From NCBI GenBank assembly GCA_018400815.1, contig JAGYLS010000051.1:1-12533 (forward strand): a DNA stretch of 12,533 bases, written 5' to 3'. This DNA comes from Candidatus Oleincola secundus. GTDB taxonomy: Bacteria > Atribacterota > Phoenicimicrobiia > Phoenicimicrobiales > Stramentimicrobiaceae. Under the pieces are notes generated by a model that worked only from the letters and a program-made list of their open reading frames with translations, was not told the origin of the DNA and ran no database searches. The position numbers and the translations under genes are program-made. Below, in pieces: positions 6,253-12,533 of the stretch (position 1 is the stretch's first letter; every line of letters begins with the position of its first letter).

Positions 6253-7644
6253 ATGGATGTAATGCGAAACATTCGTCAACAACCTTTTTGTTGGCAGGAA
6301 AAAACGGTATTACGTAAACTTAGAAAAAATCCAGACGGCAGTAAAAATTATACTGGTCAAGAATTAAGTAAGTTACGTAATTTGTATCTAACACTTACAG
6401 AAATTGAAAGTGATAGCATGGGACAAGCAGTTGAATATTATACTAATAAAGTATCTACATATTCAGGATTAAGTAAAGATTGGATACCTAAAGGTTTACG
6501 TATTCTACAGCATATGGGAATTATAACTATAAAAGAAACTAGAGATCATGGTAAATTTAGTGGTAGAGTGTTATATTTTTCTTCCTCTATAGATGAAACC
6601 AGTAACGGAACAACCGATACCGGGGAAACCGTTAACGGTTATCCAGACACAATAGAACATAATAATAGTATAGAACATACTAAAGATAAAGAAGAAAAAA
6701 AAGAAAAGAATATATCTAAAGATATATATAAGAAATCACGTAAACGTGATAAAACAGGGGTTGATATATCCTATACACTTTATAAAGAAAATGAAGATAT
6801 TTTTGAAGATTTAAAAGTAAGAAAATTATTTTCGCATCGCCTGCCTTCCTCTGAAGATGTTGGGGATACAGTAAATATTACTAAAACTCTTTATGAAGCT
6901 CTGCAGTATATTGCTGAAATGAGAGCAGGTAATTTCTTAGAAAAGAATCATTTAGAATCAGATATATTTGTTCCTGAAAGAACAGATGAATTTATTCACT
7001 TAGGCTTAGAACGGTTTGAAATGATGCAAGACCCTATTAGATGGCCTATGGATAAGAGTAAATTACCCAAATCCTTTACTGCTTTTCTTTTTAATAAATT
7101 TACAGGTAAAAGTATGTTTCTTCGTTCATTAGAAAAAGAACCTGAAATACTGCAGTCTTACATAGAACAAAAAACATATGATGAAAAAATACCAGAAAAC
7201 ATCTTGACAAAATACTTAGAATGGTTTAAAATGTATAGTATAAAATTAAACGAGAATCAAATATTTTATATTAAGAAAAATATTTTTGAAATTATGAAGG
7301 AGCATAAAAAAATATGGGATAACGTAGGATATTTAAATGTACAGGTTAATAATTGGCGCAGTTATTTAGGTGGGGAGAAACCTGATCTTTTTATCAAAAG
7401 GCACTTAGAATATCTGCATTCACACGGTGATCCAGCTGTTGGTAAATTAAGTATATCTAGTAAAACTTGGAAGAATTTTGCTACTTGGTTGGAAAATGAG
7501 TATAAATTAAAATTGTATCCTACTGACAAAGAATTTACAAGATTATTTAATTTATATACAAAGAAGATGGATAAGAAAAATATTAATGAAACAACAAAGG
7601 TATCAAACTTTAATCCCTATGGGACATTTGAGGAAGGAGTATAA
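6253..7644 (+). CDS. putative replication initiator / origin-binding protein (N-terminal winged HTH)
   Basis: LYLTL...KVSTYSGLSKDWIPKGLRILQHMGIITI fits a wHTH. It is followed by a repetitive low-complexity linker and heads the helicase-primase operon. The C-terminal 300 aa are unrecognised. Confidence 0.6.
   Translation: MDVMRNIRQQPFCWQEKTVLRKLRKNPDGSKNYTGQELSKLRNLYLTLTEIESDSMGQAVEYYTNKVSTYSGLSKDWIPKGLRILQHMGIITIKETRDHGKFSGRVLYFSSSIDETSNGTTDTGETVNGYPDTIEHNNSIEHTKDKEEKKEKNISKDIYKKSRKRDKTGVDISYTLYKENEDIFEDLKVRKLFSHRLPSSEDVGDTVNITKTLYEALQYIAEMRAGNFLEKNHLESDIFVPERTDEFIHLGLERFEMMQDPIRWPMDKSKLPKSFTAFLFNKFTGKSMFLRSLEKEPEILQSYIEQKTYDEKIPENILTKYLEWFKMYSIKLNENQIFYIKKNIFEIMKEHKKIWDNVGYLNVQVNNWRSYLGGEKPDLFIKRHLEYLHSHGDPAVGKLSISSKTWKNFATWLENEYKLKLYPTDKEFTRLFNLYTKKMDKKNINETTKVSNFNPYGTFEEGV
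6595..6727. repeat. iteron-like repeats, A-tract and inverted repeat; candidate replication origin
   Basis: Three tandem 15-mers: GAAACCAGTAACGGA / ACAACCGATACCGGG / GAAACCGTTAACGGT (6595-6639). Palindrome AACCGTTAACGGTT (6627-6640). ATAGAACATA twice (6652, 6670). A-rich tract, then ATATATCT-AA-AGATATAT (6710-6727). Confidence 0.6.
7204..7232 (+). promoter_or_regulatory. internal promoter candidate
   Basis: TTGACA (7204-7209), 17 bp, TAAAAT (7227-7232), inside the initiator-like CDS. Confidence 0.55.
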
Positions 7645-7815
7645 ATGACAATCTTAGAAAAACTTTACGAAATTAAGCAGGACATTCAGTCAGATAGATA
7701 TGACAAAGATGAATTTGAAAATGTATTACTATTATTAGATACTGGAATATCGCTTTATAGTGATTATGATGAAATGAATGCTGAAATTGAGGCAAGTTAT
7801 GCGGATTTTGAATAG
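7645..7815 (+). CDS. small acidic protein, 56 aa (not in ORF track)
   Basis: MTILEKLYEIKQDIQSDRYDKDEFENVLLLLDTGISLYSDYDEMNAEIEASYADFE; AAGGAG RBS; ATG directly after the upstream stop. Confidence 0.75.
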   Translation: MTILEKLYEIKQDIQSDRYDKDEFENVLLLLDTGISLYSDYDEMNAEIEASYADFE

Positions 7816-8035
7816 GTTTAGAAAAAAAGATAAAACTAAGTATAGAAAGGAATTAATTGAAGCAGGTTTATTATTGAGACAGATATCAAGGGCTAATTGG
7901 AATGGAAGTGTATTACCATTACTCCAAAGCAGAGCAAAAAAGAAAGTAGCAAAAATAGAATCATTAGTAGGAGCACTGGATGTTTATACCGACAATAACG
8001 GAAAATCAAATTCAAATAAAACTAAGGGGAAATAA
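7778..8035 (+). CDS. small basic hypothetical protein (true start may be ATG at 7799)
   Basis: Fills the gap before the helicase; GAGG at 7789-7792 favours the 7799 start; K/R-rich. Confidence 0.55.
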   Translation: MLKLRQVMRILNRFRKKDKTKYRKELIEAGLLLRQISRANWNGSVLPLLQSRAKKKVAKIESLVGALDVYTDNNGKSNSNKTKGK

Positions 8036-9662
8036 AGATACATTTAATTTTCAATTAGATCAAATAAAACAGTTAGCTGAGAAATATGAAGGTAGATATA
8101 ATGGGGAGCATAAAGTTTGGATATTTCCTAAAAAACAACTGCAGATAGATGAATTATCTAAAGTTGGGATTATTGATAAGGCGATTTTATTGCCTAAAGA
8201 AAAAGATTATAAAGAAGTTGATTTAGATGAAAGTAAGGTAGAGTATTTACGAGAATATCAAAAAGATGCTTTGAAATATATGCTTGCACATGATGGGAAA
8301 GCTCTACTTAGATTAGGTTGCGGAGCAGGAAAAACAGTAACTTCCTTATCGTATTTTTTCTATACTGAACACAATTATCCTCTTTTAATTATTTGCCCTG
8401 TAGGTATTAAGTACCAATGGGCTGAAGAAATTCATAAGTTTTCAAAAAAGAAATTAAATATTGTTATTTGTGAAGGTTTAAATTCATTAAGAAATTATTC
8501 TGAATATGATGTAGTAATTTGTAATTATGACCTTTTTGCATATCATTTGTATAAAGAAGGAAATAAAAATATTATTTCAGATGATGTAAAAGAATTATTA
8601 AAAACTCATTTTAAAGGTGTTATTTTAGATGAATGTCAAAGATTAAAAAATTTTACTAAAGCAAAAAGTGTAAAAGTTATACGTAAGATTGTAGATTTTA
8701 TGCCCAACATTATTGCATTATCAGCCACTCCGTTGGACAATAAATTAATAGATTTTTATTCCATATTGAATATCCTACGCCCAGATATTTTTCATAACTT
8801 CTATGCATATAAAATTCGATATTGTAATGCTAGAATCATGCGTTGGGGTTGGGATTATAGTGGTGCAAGTAATGTTAATCAATTAAGAGAGTTAACTCAT
8901 AATCATGTAATGTATTCAAAAAGTAATAAAGAAATTCAAATGGAATTACCTATAGCCGAACCAATACCAATTAAGTATACATTAAAAGAAAAAGATAAAA
9001 AATTATATAATAAAATTGCTAAGGGAAAAAGTACTTATACAGATTTAGCAGGGCAAGAATTAAAAGTAAAAAGGATTCCTAATAAAACATTTACAACAAA
9101 AAACATGGTTTTACGTAAATATATTGCTGAAAAGAAAATACCTTATATAAAACAATTTTTAAAAGATTTTTTAGAAGACACAGATGAAAAAATTATTGTG
9201 TTTACGCAACATCATACAGTTATTGATGTTCTGCAGGAAGCATTTAAAAAACAAGCAGTAAAATTTGATGGTAGAAGTTCTGATAAAGTGAGAGAAAAAG
9301 CAAAAAAAGATTTTATTAAAGGTAATAAAAGAATATTTCTTGGTCAGCAGGAAGCAGCTGGTATTGGTTTAGATGGATTACAGAAAGTTTGCCATATTGC
9401 AATTTATGTGGAATTACCTTGGAAGCCTATTATTCTTGAACAAACTATTGGAAGAATAGAAAGAAGTGGAACTAAGTTTGAAAATGTATTAGTGTATTTT
9501 CCAATTTTCAAGGATACTGTGGAAGACCATATTTTAGAAGTTCTTGTAGAGAAAGAAAATAATATTGAAAAGATTCTTGATGAGGACCCAAAATATGCAT
9601 ATGGTATTAGTAAACGTATTGTTGCATTATTAGAAACAGAAGGGTTAGATAATGACATTTGA
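7980..9662 (+). CDS. SNF2-family (SF2) helicase/translocase
   Basis: Q motif LREYQ, Walker A GCGAGKT, Ia LIICP...QW..EI, DECQ, III LSATP..N, IV KIIVF, V AAGIGLDG, VI QTIGRIER. Confidence 0.92.
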   Translation: MFIPTITENQIQIKLRGNKDTFNFQLDQIKQLAEKYEGRYNGEHKVWIFPKKQLQIDELSKVGIIDKAILLPKEKDYKEVDLDESKVEYLREYQKDALKYMLAHDGKALLRLGCGAGKTVTSLSYFFYTEHNYPLLIICPVGIKYQWAEEIHKFSKKKLNIVICEGLNSLRNYSEYDVVICNYDLFAYHLYKEGNKNIISDDVKELLKTHFKGVILDECQRLKNFTKAKSVKVIRKIVDFMPNIIALSATPLDNKLIDFYSILNILRPDIFHNFYAYKIRYCNARIMRWGWDYSGASNVNQLRELTHNHVMYSKSNKEIQMELPIAEPIPIKYTLKEKDKKLYNKIAKGKSTYTDLAGQELKVKRIPNKTFTTKNMVLRKYIAEKKIPYIKQFLKDFLEDTDEKIIVFTQHHTVIDVLQEAFKKQAVKFDGRSSDKVREKAKKDFIKGNKRIFLGQQEAAGIGLDGLQKVCHIAIYVELPWKPIILEQTIGRIERSGTKFENVLVYFPIFKDTVEDHILEVLVEKENNIEKILDEDPKYAYGISKRIVALLETEGLDNDI

Positions 9663-10530
9663 TGCACTGCAGTTTTGTAAAGATTATGATATACCTTATT
9701 ATACATATGGTAAAAATGTTACAGAGGGTTGGGTAAATATACAGTGTCCTCTTTGTGGAGATCATTCTAATCATGGTGGATTTAATCCTGAAGAAGGGTA
9801 TTATAATTGTTGGCGTTGTGGAGGACATTCTTTAAAATATATTTTGTGGGTCTTGACAAAAGAGAAAAATATTGATAAAATAATAGAAGAATATAGTGAT
9901 GAAATAACAACTGAAAGAGAAAAGAAAAAAGATAAGCCTGCAGTTACACATGTAAATATGCCTGGGGGAAAATTAGAATGGTATCATAGAGCATATTTAA
10001 AATCACGTAAATTTGACCCAGAATATTTAGAAGAAAAATATTATATAAAAGGAACCACACCGGAGTTTAAATTTGGTCCTCGTATATATACTCCAATTTA
10101 TTATAAAGGGGATTTAGTATCTTATCAAGGGAGATCAATTAAAGAGGATGAATCAGATATAAAATATTTAACTGCTTCCCCGGATAAAGAAAAGATATTA
10201 CATAAAGATATTTTATTTAATTTAGATAATTGTATTCAGGATTACATTGTAGTTGTGGAAGGCGTATATGATGTTTTTCGTTTAGGAGATAATAGTTGTG
10301 CTTCATTTGGTATTTCTTTTACCAATGAACAATTACAATTATTAAGTCAATACAAGAGAGTATATTTTTTATATGATACTGAAGTAAGAGCCCAGAAAGC
10401 AGCTGAAAAAGCAGGAGGTACAATTGCATTATTTTCAAACACTTATGCAGAACAAGTAATATTAGATGGCACTGATCCAGGAGATATGAGTGATGAGGAT
10501 GCAAAAGCATTAATGAAAGAATTAACATAA
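9652..10530 (+). CDS. DNA primase (Zn finger + TOPRIM)
   Basis: CPLC..H...CWRCG zinc finger; YQGRSI, KY, VVEGVYD, FLYD and DPGD motifs of DnaG-type primases. Confidence 0.92.
   Translation: MTFDALQFCKDYDIPYYTYGKNVTEGWVNIQCPLCGDHSNHGGFNPEEGYYNCWRCGGHSLKYILWVLTKEKNIDKIIEEYSDEITTEREKKKDKPAVTHVNMPGGKLEWYHRAYLKSRKFDPEYLEEKYYIKGTTPEFKFGPRIYTPIYYKGDLVSYQGRSIKEDESDIKYLTASPDKEKILHKDILFNLDNCIQDYIVVVEGVYDVFRLGDNSCASFGISFTNEQLQLLSQYKRVYFLYDTEVRAQKAAEKAGGTIALFSNTYAEQVILDGTDPGDMSDEDAKALMKELT
9853..9881 (+). promoter_or_regulatory. internal extended -10 promoter candidate
   Basis: TTGACA (9853-9858), 17 bp, TAAAAT (9876-9881), with TG at 9873-9874. Confidence 0.55.
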
Positions 10531-10539
10531 AGGTGATAC

Positions 10540-11928
10540 ATGGAAATTACACGAAAACCACTTGATACAAAGTTTGAAGAAGATATATTATTATCTTTAA
10601 TTATTTCTACAGAATATTGTCTTCAGGCTAAAACAATAATTGATTTGAAATTATTTACTTCAAAAGTATCGAAATTAGTTGCAACATGGGCTTTAGAATA
10701 TTATAATACATATAATATTGCCGCTTATGAATATATTGGAGATATTTTTGAATCTCACAAAGAAGAATTACAGGACACAGAAATATTTTTTGTTCAGGAA
10801 TTATTACATAAACTTGACACTAAGTATACAGAAATTGAAAATTATAATGTAGCATATTATTTAGATAAAACAGAAAAGTTTTTTACAAAGCAAAGATTAA
10901 AACAACTTACAGAAAAAATAAATGGGGATTTAGCAAATAATAAATTAGATAAGGCTGAGCATAGATTAACTGAATATAAGAAAATCGATAAACAAGGGGT
11001 TCAGGGTGTTGATTTATTTAGAGATATTGATAAAGTAACTCAATTAGGTTTAGATGAAGATTCAATACTTTTTACTCCTCCTGGGGCATTTGGAGAAATG
11101 ACAGGTGATTACAGAAGAGGAGATTTTATTATGCTCCTTGCAAAAAGTAAGTTTGGTAAAAGTTGGTTATTACAGCAGCATGGAGTATGGGCTAATTTAT
11201 TGCGAGGACTTAATGTTTTGCATTTGTCTTTAGAAATGCCTTGGAAGCCAGTAAAAGATAGATATTTTCAGCAATTTACAGGAAAAACATCTTGGAAATA
11301 TACAAAACCATTTAGTATTCCTTTTTTTGATACAGATAATTCTATCAAATACTGTGAAGTTCTTCCTGGGGAATTAACTAAAGAAACTATTGAGAAAAAA
11401 GCTAAAGCCTTACATATGCAGTCAAGGGGGAGTAAACTCATTGTAGAGGCGAGACCTGCAAATTCATTTTCTATAGATGATCTTAAAATGCTTCTTGATT
11501 ATTATGAGGAATATCAGAATACTATGTTTGATGTTCTTGTTATTGATTATGCTGATCTTATGTTAGCTTCAAATACACGATTAGATAATAGACATCAATT
11601 AGATATTATTTATAAATCTTTACGTGGAATGGCTCAAGAAAGAAATATTTTAATTCTTACTGCTTCTCAAGGAAATAGAGATTCTTTTAAAAAAGATAGT
11701 GGGGTAACTAATATTGCTGAGGATATTAGAAAAATTACACATATTACTCATGGAATTGTATTTAATCAAACTGCAGAAGAAAAGCAGTTAGGATTATATA
11801 GAGCTTCTCCTATGGGGGAAAGATATAAACACTTTGAAGAAAATGAGGAGGTAGTGATATTATATAGCCAGCATATTGGAAAGATGTATTTAGATAGTAG
11901 ATGGAAAAAAGATGTTATTTTAGAATAA
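10540..11928 (+). CDS. DnaB-like replicative helicase (SF4)
   Basis: Walker A AKSKFGKS, H1a LSLEM, H2 VIDYADLM, H3 TASQGNR, H4 IAED; follows the primase; AAGGTG RBS. Confidence 0.92.
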   Translation: MEITRKPLDTKFEEDILLSLIISTEYCLQAKTIIDLKLFTSKVSKLVATWALEYYNTYNIAAYEYIGDIFESHKEELQDTEIFFVQELLHKLDTKYTEIENYNVAYYLDKTEKFFTKQRLKQLTEKINGDLANNKLDKAEHRLTEYKKIDKQGVQGVDLFRDIDKVTQLGLDEDSILFTPPGAFGEMTGDYRRGDFIMLLAKSKFGKSWLLQQHGVWANLLRGLNVLHLSLEMPWKPVKDRYFQQFTGKTSWKYTKPFSIPFFDTDNSIKYCEVLPGELTKETIEKKAKALHMQSRGSKLIVEARPANSFSIDDLKMLLDYYEEYQNTMFDVLVIDYADLMLASNTRLDNRHQLDIIYKSLRGMAQERNILILTASQGNRDSFKKDSGVTNIAEDIRKITHITHGIVFNQTAEEKQLGLYRASPMGERYKHFEENEEVVILYSQHIGKMYLDSRWKKDVILE

Positions 11929-11940
11929 AAGGAGTAAGGG

Positions 11941-12533
11941 ATGCAAATTATTGAACCAAAAGTAGAATTAGTTACAGAGACAGGGTATAAAAAAATTGAA
12001 AGGGCAGGAAGAATTTGTTATAAAAGTGAAGATAAAATTACAGAGACTTCACATCAGCAATTTATAAAAAATATTATTTCTAGAGGACATGATTCTGTAT
12101 TAGCACATGAATCATTGATACTGCATTTAGGGACTTCTGAGGAACACAGAGAAATATTAAGAAAAATTATTCTCAATACTCCTCTTGCAGTTAAGGATAG
12201 AATTATTCCCCTGCAGGCAAAGAATGGAGATGTATTTATTGTTGGTAATATTCGTGCTTGGAGAGAAGTTTTAAGTGTAATAAAGGATCAGCAATTAATA
12301 AAAACATTTAAAAACACATATAGCCTATTGTTTTTTGATTTTGAGGATTATGATGTAGAAGTAATAGAAGATGCATTTACACCTATCAGCGGAGTAGAAT
12401 TTGATCAGATTCAAGCATTATTTCTTATGCGAGAATCTTTTTATTTTAGGTTTTCAAGAGCTTCTTCTCATCAGCTTGTACGTCACACAGGAGTAGAGGC
12501 AATATCACAAGCTAGTCAAAGATATTGTAATTA
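11941..12533 (+). CDS. thyX: FAD-dependent thymidylate synthase, long form, truncated by the window edge
   Basis: Open frame from ATG 11941 (AAGGAG RBS): IERAGRICYKSEDKI, RGHDSVLAH, GNIRAWRE, SRASSHQLVRHTGVEAISQASQRYCN. Confidence 0.9.
   Translation, partial: MQIIEPKVELVTETGYKKIERAGRICYKSEDKITETSHQQFIKNIISRGHDSVLAHESLILHLGTSEEHREILRKIILNTPLAVKDRIIPLQAKNGDVFIVGNIRAWREVLSVIKDQQLIKTFKNTYSLLFFDFEDYDVEVIEDAFTPISGVEFDQIQALFLMRESFYFRFSRASSHQLVRHTGVEAISQASQRYCN

Noticed and set aside
9404..10528. Minus-strand ORFs 9404..9706, 9607..9828 and 10319..10528
   Set aside because: Shadows of the helicase and primase genes.
10814..10848. TTGACA within the DnaB gene as a promoter
   Set aside because: The hexamer at 17 bp is GAAAAT, and the nearby TATAAT is 23 bp away.
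1..12533. CRISPR array, tRNA/rRNA, integrase, reverse transcriptase, intron/intein or alternative genetic code
   Set aside because: No spaced repeats, RNA gene patterns or such motifs were seen. Core genes are intact and densely packed under the standard code, with all three stop codons used.

Overview
AT-rich segment of a dsDNA tailed phage (or prophage) genome with three blocks. (1) 1-5112 (+): about 17 small, tightly coupled genes of unknown function, typical of an early/host-takeover region. They include a very acidic Ocr-like protein, three membrane proteins and a zinc-ribbon ORF missing from the ORF track. (2) 5109-6082 (-): a two-gene unit with a terminase small subunit and no adjacent large subunit. 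(3) 6253-end (+): a replication/nucleotide operon with a winged-HTH initiator-like protein carrying internal iteron-like repeats, an SNF2 helicase, a Zn-finger/TOPRIM primase, a DnaB-like helicase and a truncated ThyX with two altered signature residues. Notable sequence-level signals: a 24-bp direct repeat framing a gene-plus-perfect-promoter cassette (1860-2145), mirror-image back-to-back promoters between terS and the replication operon, consensus promoters inside coding sequence, and at least 12 copies of CTGCAG. All family calls are by-eye motif recognition; no searches were run.
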